Below are positions 1 through 8,487 of a stretch of DNA of 56,076 nucleotides, piece by piece. The notes beneath the pieces are model-generated. The model was given only the letters and a program-made list of their open reading frames with translations, was not told where the DNA came from and searched no databases. Numbering within the stretch: the stretch's first letter is position 1; every line of letters begins with the position of its first letter. The position numbers and the translations under genes were made by a program. The stretch comes from a virus (Duplodnaviria; Caudoviricetes), in IMG/VR virus record IMGVR_UViG_3300027996_002398, positions 1-56,076 of that record; one strand, given 5' to 3'.

Positions 1-2
1 CT

Positions 3-275
3 GAAGAAGCTTTATCAGAATTACAAAGAGAAGCTTCAGATGATGCTTTTGGTGGTTATGATGATAGTCCTGAACAAGAAGATGAAGGTGAAACTTTAAC
101 ACCACCCGAAGAAGAAAGTCAAGAAGTTACTCCGTCACCAGAAACAGAAGAACCATCTGAACCTGAATACGAAAGAATGTCAAAAAGAGATTTAGAAATA
201 GAGATTGATTCGGCTTTAGATGCTGGAGACATGGACTTAGTTAGATATTTAGGTTCTATATTGAATTCAAAGTAA
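3..275 (+). CDS. Partial CDS (3' end): acidic protein with a C-terminal IDEAL-like motif
   Basis: Open frame from the window edge to TAA at 273-275; my translation ends ...LEIEIDSALDAGDMDLVRYLGSILNSK. Not in the ORF track. Confidence 0.7.
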   Translation, partial: EEALSELQREASDDAFGGYDDSPEQEDEGETLTPPEEESQEVTPSPETEEPSEPEYERMSKRDLEIEIDSALDAGDMDLVRYLGSILNSK

Positions 276-342
276 AACGGATTAGGACCGTTGTAGTCTA
301 CGGACTATTAAAACCCACCCAGTGTCGCTACAGGGTGGGTTT
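276..342. ncRNA. Three-hairpin structured RNA candidate (possibly Flavo-1-like)
   Basis: AACGG/CCGTT stem (276-292); TAGTC-TACG-GACTA stem with a cUACGg tetraloop (294-307); 10-bp AAACCCACCC/GGGTGGGTTT stem (311-342). GC-rich island in an AT-rich intergenic region. The family name is from memory only. Confidence 0.55.
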
Positions 343-355
343 ACTGTGCCTAGTG

Positions 356-364
356 ATATTTATA
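356..364 (+). promoter_or_regulatory. Putative late promoter ATATTTATA
   Basis: Recurrent motif, 3 nt before the ATG at 368. Confidence 0.6.
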
Positions 365-367
365 GGT

Positions 368-862
368 ATGAAATTAATTAGATGTGAAAAATGTGAGGAT
401 GTGGTTAGACTTGTTCACACAAAATGGAGGAAATGTGATTGTGGTAAATCAGGTGGACAATATAATGATGATATGATATCAGCAACAATCGGTGGTAGTT
501 GTGAAGTCATAGGGATAAGGAATGACTTCTTCCAAGAAAAACAATTTTCTAAAGAGAGGGGTGAAGATAGTAAAAACATTATTATACAAGGTGAATACGT
601 AGGTGATAATCAATTACATAGAATTAAATCTGGTAACGGCCCTAAATTAAAAATGGAAATACAAGAAAATGGTGATAATACCCACGATATAACGTTTACT
701 GATAAAAGGAAATACACAATCAATCTGAAGAGTAATAAATCACCTAAGACTTTAAAGAACATCCCATCAAATGATAAACCAAGCTTTAATGGTAAAAAGA
801 CCAAAAAAGAGGGTGTTGACATTAAAGCCATCATTAAAGAACAATTATATACATATTTATAG
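368..862 (+). CDS. Hypothetical protein with N-terminal zinc ribbon (CxxC...CxC)
   Basis: MKLIRCEKC...KCDCGK. ATG 368 is preferred over GTG 335, which lies inside the RNA hairpin and upstream of the promoter motif. Confidence 0.75.
   Translation: MKLIRCEKCEDVVRLVHTKWRKCDCGKSGGQYNDDMISATIGGSCEVIGIRNDFFQEKQFSKERGEDSKNIIIQGEYVGDNQLHRIKSGNGPKLKMEIQENGDNTHDITFTDKRKYTINLKSNKSPKTLKNIPSNDKPSFNGKKTKKEGVDIKAIIKEQLYTYL
853..861 (+). promoter_or_regulatory. Putative late promoter ATATTTATA (terminase)
   Basis: 3 nt before the ATG at 865. Confidence 0.6.
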
Positions 863-864
863 GC

Positions 865-2724
865 ATGAATATTAGTAAAGGGCAGATGATGTATGAAATA
901 GGTAAATGTTTAAAGGACCCTATTTACGCTATTGAATCTTATCTTGAGACAGAAGATAGGACACAAAATGGTTTTGTTCCTTTTAAATTATTTCCTAGAC
1001 AAAAAGAGTTAGTAGAGGCTTATACTGTGTATGACCACAACATAGTAATGAAACCTAGACAGGCAGGCATATCAACTACTACCGCAGCTTTTTTAGCTAT
1101 ATTAACAACTTTAGCTTCAAATAAAAGTACACAAAAAATTCTTATTGCGGCAAATAAACAAGAAACAGCAAAAGAATTCTTAAAAAAGATTAGAGATTTT
1201 ACAACTCAGTTACCGTCTTGGATGGATGTGTATAGACCTTCTGGTTCTGAAACTTGGTTTGACCCTGAAAAAAATTCAAGTTCACACTATAAATTATGGA
1301 ATGGTTCTGAAGTAAAAGCGGTAGCTTCATCAAAAGACGCGTTAAGAGGTTATACACCATCATGTATTGTTGTTGATGAGGCTGCGTTTATTGAGGGTAA
1401 TAAGGGTGAGGAATTTTATACGGCAGCACAACCATCACTTTCAACAGGTGGTAAATCAATACTTATTTCAACACCAAACGGCCATGACCCACTATACCAC
1501 AAAGCTTATGTAACCGCTGAAAAAGGTAGGAATAATTTTAATATTGTTTCGATGAAATGGTATGAAGACCCACGTTATAACGGTAGAAACAAAAGTGAAC
1601 AATTTCCACACGGAATGACTTGGAATTTATTTAACGAAAAAACTGGTGATGTTGATGAATCTATTTTTGACCCGGCTAGTGGTGATGTGAATCATTATAC
1701 AGGTGAAAAGTCTACAGTACCAGAAGAAACATGGCCTGATATGGTTGAAAAGGGTTATGTACCAACATCAGGCTGGTTTGATGGGATGTGTGCACAACTA
1801 AACCATAACGCTAGGTCTATTGCTCAAGAGTTATTATGTTCTTTTGTTGGGTCTGGTGATAATGTGATTGATGACAAATACAAAAACAGACAGGATAGAG
1901 ACAATGTTAAAGACCCAATTAGAAAAGAATGGACTGATGGTAATATGTGGATATGGGAAGACCCTATTAAGGACCACCAATACATTTTGTCTGCTGACCC
2001 ATCTTCAGGTTCTTCTGATGATTTTGCCGGTCTTGTAATTTGGGATTTTACCACAGGTAACCAAGTTGCTGAATACCACGGTAAAGTTGCTCCCGATGTT
2101 TTAGGTGAAATCTGTAAATATTATGGTGACTCATATAACGCGTTTATTGTTGTTGATATTACAGGTGGTTGGGGTGCTTCCGTTGTCCTTAAATTAATTG
2201 AGTTAGGTTATCCTAAAAAAAATCTTTATTACGATGTGACAGTGGGTATTGATTCTGTAGAAAATAATAAAGCTTTACAGAAATATATGGATAGAGGTAA
2301 ATTACCTGGTTTAAATTTCCAAAAAAATAGAAATACAATTGTTTCCAAATTAGAAGAATCAATTAGGATGGATTCTTTTAAAATTCGTTCTAAAAGAGCT
2401 TTAATGGAAATAGAAACTTTTGTTTTTATTGGTGGTAGGGCTGACCATATGAAAGGTTATCATGATGACCTTTTAATGTCAATAGCTATGTGTTGTTTTG
2501 TGGGCTCAACATCATTCAAAGATTTAGAAAAATCTAAAGGACAAGCTAAAGCTATGGTGAGTAGTTGGTCTATTGAGACAACCGACACTAACGATAGTGA
2601 AATATTAAAAGAAGTCGTAGGTACTAATTTTTATACAGACAACAAACAAAATGATAACGTAACTACTGAACAATTCAAAGAAAATATGTGGGTTTTTGGT
2701 GGTATGAGAGGATTTAAAAAATAA
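865..2724 (+). CDS. terL: Terminase large subunit (T4 gp17-like)
   Basis: KPRQAGISTT (Walker A), IVVDEAAF (Walker B), ISTPNG coupling motif, SADPSSG and HDDLLM nuclease motifs. Confidence 0.95.
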   Translation: MNISKGQMMYEIGKCLKDPIYAIESYLETEDRTQNGFVPFKLFPRQKELVEAYTVYDHNIVMKPRQAGISTTTAAFLAILTTLASNKSTQKILIAANKQETAKEFLKKIRDFTTQLPSWMDVYRPSGSETWFDPEKNSSSHYKLWNGSEVKAVASSKDALRGYTPSCIVVDEAAFIEGNKGEEFYTAAQPSLSTGGKSILISTPNGHDPLYHKAYVTAEKGRNNFNIVSMKWYEDPRYNGRNKSEQFPHGMTWNLFNEKTGDVDESIFDPASGDVNHYTGEKSTVPEETWPDMVEKGYVPTSGWFDGMCAQLNHNARSIAQELLCSFVGSGDNVIDDKYKNRQDRDNVKDPIRKEWTDGNMWIWEDPIKDHQYILSADPSSGSSDDFAGLVIWDFTTGNQVAEYHGKVAPDVLGEICKYYGDSYNAFIVVDITGGWGASVVLKLIELGYPKKNLYYDVTVGIDSVENNKALQKYMDRGKLPGLNFQKNRNTIVSKLEESIRMDSFKIRSKRALMEIETFVFIGGRADHMKGYHDDLLMSIAMCCFVGSTSFKDLEKSKGQAKAMVSSWSIETTDTNDSEILKEVVGTNFYTDNKQNDNVTTEQFKENMWVFGGMRGFKK

Positions 2725-2728
2725 AATT

Positions 2729-2965
2729 ATGGCAAATAGAATATCATCAAATAGTCCCTTTAAAGGTAAACCTAATCTTAGAGCTGGAACGGGACCAGTT
2801 TATATCAGTACCATACCACAACCTTATGTCCCTAGTGGTAAATTAAGGAATAATAAAGACAAACCTGATTGTTCTGGCCCTTATGATAATCTTGTTAACT
2901 ATGTATGGGAAGTGGACACTTCTAATGGGTACCATATTGCTTATGTAGACTGTGATTATGTATAA
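2729..2965 (+). CDS. Hypothetical protein
   Basis: 78-aa ORF tightly packed after the terminase, A-rich leader. Confidence 0.65.
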   Translation: MANRISSNSPFKGKPNLRAGTGPVYISTIPQPYVPSGKLRNNKDKPDCSGPYDNLVNYVWEVDTSNGYHIAYVDCDYV

Positions 2966-3009
2966 CATAACCTTCACATTAATTAATGTATTAATTACAT
3001 TTAATGGTG

Positions 3010-3018
3010 ATATTTATA
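3010..3018 (+). promoter_or_regulatory. Putative late promoter ATATTTATA (portal)
   Basis: Same motif, upstream of the ATG at 3037. Confidence 0.6.
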
Positions 3019-3036
3019 AAAGAATACTAAATAAAA

Positions 3037-4905
3037 ATGGCGGAAGAAAATAAAAATTTAACGGTATACCAAAAGTTATTTTACCTTTTTGGTCAAGGAG
3101 GTGGGCCTAAAGCTAATACCACATATAATAAGTATAGTTTAACGGATAAAGATTTAATTGTAACAAAATCTAAACAAGACTTCCAAAAAGAAAAATTACA
3201 ACTACAACAACAAAAATATTTAGAAGGTCAATGGACTAAAGTAGATAATGAACTTTACCAAAAGTCAGTATTCTATGAAACTTCTAGGATAGCTTCTTAT
3301 ATGGATTTTGAAGCCATGGAGTTTACACCAGAAATAGCTGTAGCTCTAGATATTATGTCAGAAGAATCTTGTACTTTAAATGAACAAGGTACAGTAATGT
3401 CTATTTATTCAGATTCTAATAGAATTAAAAAAGTTTTAGATGATTTATTTTTTAATGTACTAGACATCCATTCTAATTTACCAATGTGGACTAGGAACAC
3501 TTGTAAATATGGCGATAACTTTGTCTACCTAAAAATAGATTATAAAGATGGTATAATTGGGGCAAACCAACTAACTAATGTTGATATAGAAAGAAAAGAA
3601 GCTGACTCATTTCCTTTCCAAAAAAACGCTCAAGAAGTAGAGGGTGAAATGAAGAAAAAAAATGTCACTTTTGTATGGAAAAATAAAAGTTTAGACTTTA
3701 ACGCTTGGGAAGTAGCTCATTTTCGATTACTTGGTGACGATAGAAAGTTACCTTATGGTACTTCAGTTTTAGAAAAAGTTAGACGTATTTGGAAACAACT
3801 ACTTTTAGCTGAAGACGCAATGTTGGTGTATCGTGTAACTAGAGCTCCTGAAAGAAGAGTTTTTAAAATATATGTTGGTAACATTGATGACGCTGATGTT
3901 GAGTCTTATGTACAAAAAGTTGCTAATAAATTTAAAAGAACACAAGTAACTGATAGTCAAACAGGTCAGGCTGACGTTAGATACAATACTTTAGCTGTCG
4001 ACCAAGATTATTTTGTCCCTGTTAGAGACCCTAATGCCTCAATGCCAATAGAGACCCTACCTGGGGCTACAAATCTAGACCAAATAGCTGATATCCAATT
4101 TATCCAAAGAAAAATGGTTACGGCTCTTAGAGTACCGAAAACATTCTTAGGGTTTGAAGAACCAACAGGAGAAGGTAAAAATTTAGCTTTAATGGACATT
4201 AGATTTGCTAGAACTATTAATAGAATCCAACAGGCTATGATTCAAGAATTAAATAAAATAGCTATAATTCATTTATATATTTTAGGTTTTCATGATGAAA
4301 TAAATAACTTTAAGTTGTCACTTAATAACCCATCTACTCAAGGTGAAATGTTAAAAGTAGAACAATGGAAAGAAAAAGTATTACTTTATAAAGATTTGGT
4401 TGCTGGTGTTGACGGCGGTATAGCCCCAACTTCACATACTTGGGCTAAAAAGAACATTTTTAATTGGTCTTCGGATGAAATATTAGAAGATTTAGAACAA
4501 CAAAGACTAGAAAAGGCAGCATCTGCTGAATTAGAACAAACACCTAATATCATTAAAAACACAGGATTTTTTAAGAAAGTAGACAAACTTTACGGCGAAT
4601 TACCTATGGACCAAGGTGAAGGTGATGCTGGTGCTGAAGGTGACACTGGTGGGGGTGGTTTCGGTGATACTGGAGGTGATACTGGAGGTGGATTTGGTGA
4701 TGATACTGGAGGTGGATTTGGTGATGATACTGGTGGTGATACTGGAGGTGGCTTTGGTGAAAGTTTTAGAGGTGATGAAGATGTGATAGATAGACTTTTA
4801 TTAGAAGGCAAAAAGAAAAATGAAAACATTTTTATGATGACTAAGGGTATCGATGAACTTTTAAATAAAGAAAATGGGGAAGATAGTGACCTACTTACAA
4901 ATTAA
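3037..4905 (+). CDS. Portal protein (T4 gp20-like)
   Basis: EDAMLVYRVTRAPERRVFKIYVGN, DYFVPVR and IETLPG motifs; follows the terminase. Confidence 0.95.
   Translation: MAEENKNLTVYQKLFYLFGQGGGPKANTTYNKYSLTDKDLIVTKSKQDFQKEKLQLQQQKYLEGQWTKVDNELYQKSVFYETSRIASYMDFEAMEFTPEIAVALDIMSEESCTLNEQGTVMSIYSDSNRIKKVLDDLFFNVLDIHSNLPMWTRNTCKYGDNFVYLKIDYKDGIIGANQLTNVDIERKEADSFPFQKNAQEVEGEMKKKNVTFVWKNKSLDFNAWEVAHFRLLGDDRKLPYGTSVLEKVRRIWKQLLLAEDAMLVYRVTRAPERRVFKIYVGNIDDADVESYVQKVANKFKRTQVTDSQTGQADVRYNTLAVDQDYFVPVRDPNASMPIETLPGATNLDQIADIQFIQRKMVTALRVPKTFLGFEEPTGEGKNLALMDIRFARTINRIQQAMIQELNKIAIIHLYILGFHDEINNFKLSLNNPSTQGEMLKVEQWKEKVLLYKDLVAGVDGGIAPTSHTWAKKNIFNWSSDEILEDLEQQRLEKAASAELEQTPNIIKNTGFFKKVDKLYGELPMDQGEGDAGAEGDTGGGGFGDTGGDTGGGFGDDTGGGFGDDTGGDTGGGFGESFRGDEDVIDRLLLEGKKKNENIFMMTKGIDELLNKENGEDSDLLTN
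4639..4758 (+). repeat. Coding tandem repeat (GDDTGGGF-like units) in the portal C-terminus
   Basis: Repeated GGTGAT(GAT)ACTGGAGGTGGATTT units encoding GDTGGGGFGDTGGDTGGGFGDDTGGGFGDDTGGDTGGGFG. Confidence 0.85.
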
Positions 4906-4931
4906 GGCATATTTATTTTAAAAATAATATT

Positions 4932-5729
4932 ATGAACTTTGGTACATTAAAAAATATTTTTACTGAAAAATTAATAGAATCTTATACTTCTGAAGAAACG
5001 GTAGGTAAAGATTTATATAAAAATTTTTTAAAGATATTAAAAGAAAGTGAGACATTAAAAACAACTTTTATTGTTTTTAAAAATCTTGAGTCCCAGACTT
5101 TAAATAGTGAAACGGCAGCAAATGATTATTTAAAAGAAAACATATCTTTTTTAAATAATTTTAGAGGAAAACAATCTTTGAAAGAGCAGTCAAAAAAATT
5201 ATTAACTTTATTGGAGAGTAATGGTATAGACTATAAAAATATAAAGGCAACAAAATTACATCAAGATATACAAAACTTAATAACCTCACCTAGGAACGTT
5301 GGGACTTTACAAAAATTACAAGAATCAAGAGAAGGTGTAGTTTCTTGGTTAATTTCTGAAAAGGATGTAATTAAAGAAACTGAGGGGGATAAATATATTA
5401 AAAAAAATATTAACCCAAAAAAGTTTTTAAATATCGCTACAGATAAATTTAATGAAAAATATAAAGATTCATTAACAGAAGAAGAAAAAAATATATTAAA
5501 GGTTTTACGTGAAGAGAATTTAGAAAAGATTAATACTTTAGTATCTAGTTTAGTTAAAGAAAATATTTCTTTAATAAATAAACATTTAAAAGATAATTCT
5601 GAAAATTTAACTATAAAATCTAAATTACTTGAAACGAAAGACACCATTTATAATATGATGGGAGATAACGATAGTTTCAGTGAAAAAGTTTTGAAATTGT
5701 ATGAACTTAAGAAAAATTTAAATTCTTAA
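4932..5729 (+). CDS. Hypothetical helical protein, probably head-assembly related
   Basis: 265 aa, directly after the portal; ATATTTATT at 4909-4917; many LxE/IxE sites. Confidence 0.75.
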   Translation: MNFGTLKNIFTEKLIESYTSEETVGKDLYKNFLKILKESETLKTTFIVFKNLESQTLNSETAANDYLKENISFLNNFRGKQSLKEQSKKLLTLLESNGIDYKNIKATKLHQDIQNLITSPRNVGTLQKLQESREGVVSWLISEKDVIKETEGDKYIKKNINPKKFLNIATDKFNEKYKDSLTEEEKNILKVLREENLEKINTLVSSLVKENISLINKHLKDNSENLTIKSKLLETKDTIYNMMGDNDSFSEKVLKLYELKKNLNS

Positions 5730-5742
5730 TAAAACAATATAA

Positions 5743-6351
5743 ATGTTAGAATTAATTACAACAGTTTTTACCGCATTAATAGGTGTTTTAGGGACATTGG
5801 GTGCAATTTGGTTAAAGGATAAGTTAAACAATAAAAAAAAGCCTGATATGGTAATAGAAACACTAGCCTTATCAGAAATAATAACTAACAAGATTGAAGA
5901 TATAAGAGAAGAAGTAGAAGCTGATAGGGTGTGGATTACCCAATTCCATAACGGTGGACATTTTTACCCAACAGGTAAGTCAATGGCTAAGTTTTCAGTT
6001 ATTTATGAATCTGTAGGTACTGGTGTAAGTTCAGTTCAAGCTAACTTCCAAAATATACCAGTAAATTTATTTTCAAAATCTTTAAATAAATTAGCTACAG
6101 AAGAATTAATAGAAATATCAAATTACCAAGATAAAAAAATAGCTACATATGGCCTTAAGTACGCGGCTGAAGTGTATGGAGGTAAATCAGGTTATCTATT
6201 CGCTATTAAAAATATTGAGGGTAGGTTTATCGGTGTTTTAGGTTTGGATTATACTAAAAAACCAGTTTCTTTAAGTGAAGAAACCGTTAATACTGTAATG
6301 TTACACGCTTCCTCTTTAGGTGGTGTTTTAATGAACCATCTAGGTGAATAA
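5743..6351 (+). CDS. Membrane-anchored GAF-like domain protein (possible T4 T-type holin)
   Basis: Hydrophobic N-terminal helix, then ADRVWITQFHNG...FIGVLGLDY, a GAF-like pattern. Confidence 0.55.
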   Translation: MLELITTVFTALIGVLGTLGAIWLKDKLNNKKKPDMVIETLALSEIITNKIEDIREEVEADRVWITQFHNGGHFYPTGKSMAKFSVIYESVGTGVSSVQANFQNIPVNLFSKSLNKLATEELIEISNYQDKKIATYGLKYAAEVYGGKSGYLFAIKNIEGRFIGVLGLDYTKKPVSLSEETVNTVMLHASSLGGVLMNHLGE

Positions 6352-6375
6352 TATAAATTAAAAAAGTTTTTAAAT

Positions 6376-6663
6376 ATGTTAAAAGATATGTTAAAAGAAA
6401 AAGGAAAATGGTCCCAAGGTAGAGTATACCTTTTAGTGTCAGTAATAGCTTATTACATTACATTAGGGTTTTTAATGTTTGCTGGTTTACATAAATCTAA
6501 CAATGATTTAGACTTAGATAAGTTTGAAATTATTATTAACGCGTTAGAGTACGCAATGGTATTATTTGGTGGTTATGTATTTGGTGGTAAATTCTTAGAT
6601 GTAGTTAAGTTTATAGGTGGTAGTAAAAAGGGGGACCCACCAAAAGAACAGGACTTAGGATAA
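6376..6663 (+). CDS. Small two-TM membrane protein (holin-like)
   Basis: Two hydrophobic segments, WSQGR before the first helix, charged C-terminus. Confidence 0.55.
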   Translation: MLKDMLKEKGKWSQGRVYLLVSVIAYYITLGFLMFAGLHKSNNDLDLDKFEIIINALEYAMVLFGGYVFGGKFLDVVKFIGGSKKGDPPKEQDLG

Positions 6664-6672
6664 TAAATGGAT

Positions 6673-6704
6673 AAAAGCCTCCTTATTTAAGGGGGCTTTT
6701 TTTT
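6673..6704 (+). terminator. Intrinsic terminator
   Basis: AAAAGCCTCCTTA/TAAGGGGGCTTTT hairpin followed by a T run. Confidence 0.85.
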
Positions 6705-6758
6705 GTTATTAACATTTAGTATATTTAATAACAAATAACAATATATAAAAAATAATAT

Positions 6759-7868
6759 ATGAAAAAAGTTTTTTTAGAATACGTTTGGTTGGACGGGAAT
6801 CAACCACAACAATTAAGAAGTAAAACTAAAGTTGTAAAACCTGAAGATATTAGAAAGTATAGTAATGAGGGTTTTAATTGGGACTTACCTAAATGGTCTT
6901 TTGACGGTAGTTCTACAAAACAAGCTAAAGCTGGAAAAGGAGAAAATACAGATTGTATTTTAACACCAGTGTTTTCTTGTAATGACCCATTTAGGGGAGA
7001 TTATCACTATATAGTTTTTTGTGAAGTTTTAAATCCAGACGGAAGTCTACACCCAACAAATAAAAGAGGTGAATTAAGGAATTTTATGAAAGAGAATAAG
7101 ATGGTTGATTCTAAAATTGATTTAGAAAACGCTAATTGGTTTGGTTGGGAGCAGGAGTATACCCTAACCACGAAACCAAATTTCAAGGAAGGTGAAGGGT
7201 TACCACTTGGTTTTAGGCCAAAAGAAGACCCTAGACCACAAGGAGATTATTATTGTGGTGTTGGAGCCGATAATATTACAGGTAGAAGAATCGTAGAAGA
7301 GCATTTAGAAAAATGTGTTGAAGCAGGTTTAGATATTTCAGGTATTAATGCAGAAGTTATGTTAGGTCAGTGGGAATATCAAATTGGTCCTGTAACATCT
7401 TTAGATGGTTCAGACCAATTATGGGTTTCTAGGTATATTCTACAACGAGTAGCAGAAGAAAATGGTGTAAAGATATCATTTCACCCAAAGCCAAAAACTG
7501 GTGATTGGAATGGTTCTGGATGTCATGTCAATTTTTCAACCCCCGAAATGAGGAAAGAGGGTGGACTTAGTTTAATTAAAGAGTCTGTAGAAAAATTATC
7601 TTTAACTCATGACAAACATATGGGGGTTTATGGTTTATTTAATGATAAACGAATGACAGGTGAACACGAAACTTCTAACATTAAAGATTTTAGTTATGGG
7701 TATAGTACAAGGGATACTAGTATTAGAATTCCGGCTCAATCTTCTATAGATGGTAAAGGTTATTTTGAAGACCGTAGACCAGCCTCTAATTGTGACCCAT
7801 ACAGTGTCGCGTTACGTATGTTACAAACTGTATATAACGAAGTTGAAGAACTTATGGATATTAATTAA
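6759..7868 (+). CDS. glnII: Glutamine synthetase type II
   Basis: EYVWLDG..LRSKT, WSFDGSST, GINAEVMLGQWEYQIGP, DWNGSGCH, GEHET, YFEDRRPASNCDPY; 369 aa fits GSII. Confidence 0.93.
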   Translation: MKKVFLEYVWLDGNQPQQLRSKTKVVKPEDIRKYSNEGFNWDLPKWSFDGSSTKQAKAGKGENTDCILTPVFSCNDPFRGDYHYIVFCEVLNPDGSLHPTNKRGELRNFMKENKMVDSKIDLENANWFGWEQEYTLTTKPNFKEGEGLPLGFRPKEDPRPQGDYYCGVGADNITGRRIVEEHLEKCVEAGLDISGINAEVMLGQWEYQIGPVTSLDGSDQLWVSRYILQRVAEENGVKISFHPKPKTGDWNGSGCHVNFSTPEMRKEGGLSLIKESVEKLSLTHDKHMGVYGLFNDKRMTGEHETSNIKDFSYGYSTRDTSIRIPAQSSIDGKGYFEDRRPASNCDPYSVALRMLQTVYNEVEELMDIN

Positions 7869-7876
7869 ATTAATAC

Positions 7877-8314
7877 ATGAAAAGAGGAAAAGAAATGAAT
7901 ATAGAAACGTCATACCAATATAATATAAAATCAGGGACAGTAGATAACAAAAATCCAAGGTCAGTTTATATTCAAATATCGGCTTGGGGTAAGCCTAAAG
8001 ATTCTGAAATTGAAGACTATGATTCTATTCTTAGGAGAAAATCTAAAAGAGTTAAAAAGAAATTATTTGAAGTTTTAGATAATAATAATTTTTACAAAGA
8101 TAAGTCTATTGTTGATTTTAATATGGCTTCTTCAGGAGTTAATTACGGAAAAAGAAGTTTTATGTCAGTTGAGGTTACTTTATTTAAGAAGGAACCATTA
8201 TTACCAATAAATTCAGATAAAATGATGCCAATGGTAAAAAATATATCAGAAAAACTAATAACCGATGTGTTTGAAAAAGATGAAAATTTTAAATTTTTTA
8301 AAAGAAAAAGTTAA
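7877..8314 (+). CDS. Hypothetical protein
   Basis: 145-aa ORF in the same operon as the glutamine synthetase. Confidence 0.75.
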   Translation: MKRGKEMNIETSYQYNIKSGTVDNKNPRSVYIQISAWGKPKDSEIEDYDSILRRKSKRVKKKLFEVLDNNNFYKDKSIVDFNMASSGVNYGKRSFMSVEVTLFKKEPLLPINSDKMMPMVKNISEKLITDVFEKDENFKFFKRKS

Positions 8315-8402
8315 AATAGAAAAAACAAAACCAAAAACCAAAACTCCCGAATTAATCGCTAAGGAAAATTGGTTGAATGGTGAAGGTCCACAGACTGATT
8401 AA
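8280..8402 (+). CDS. Small hypothetical protein (40 aa), not in the ORF track
   Basis: ATG 8280 to TAA 8402, MKILNFLKEKVKIEKTKPKTKTPELIAKENWLNGEGPQTD; fills the gap up to the terminator. Confidence 0.5.
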   Translation: MKILNFLKEKVKIEKTKPKTKTPELIAKENWLNGEGPQTD

Positions 8403-8407
8403 TAATT

Positions 8408-8432
8408 AAAGGGGCTTTTGCCCCTTTTTTTT
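8408..8432 (+). terminator. Intrinsic terminator
   Basis: AAAGGGGC-TTTT-GCCCCTTT followed by a T run. Confidence 0.85.
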
Positions 8433-8487
8433 ATTAGTAAACTTAAAACATAAGGTTTTTTAGCATATTTATAGAAAAAGTATAGAT

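Noticed and set aside
276-342. Twister ribozyme or tRNA
   Set aside because: Only the GGUCCUAA loop resembles twister and the pseudoknot partners are missing; there is no cloverleaf or T-loop. I recognised no tRNA or rRNA in the window.
335-367. Upstream starts in the ORF track (335, 11894, 15058, 28131, 32588, 33204, 44977)
   Set aside because: They overlap promoters, hairpins or neighbouring genes; downstream starts fit better.
1570-1780. Possible intein in the terminase linker (polymerase and helicase also checked)
   Set aside because: No Cys/Ser...His-Asn splice junctions or homing endonuclease motifs; the inserts are short.
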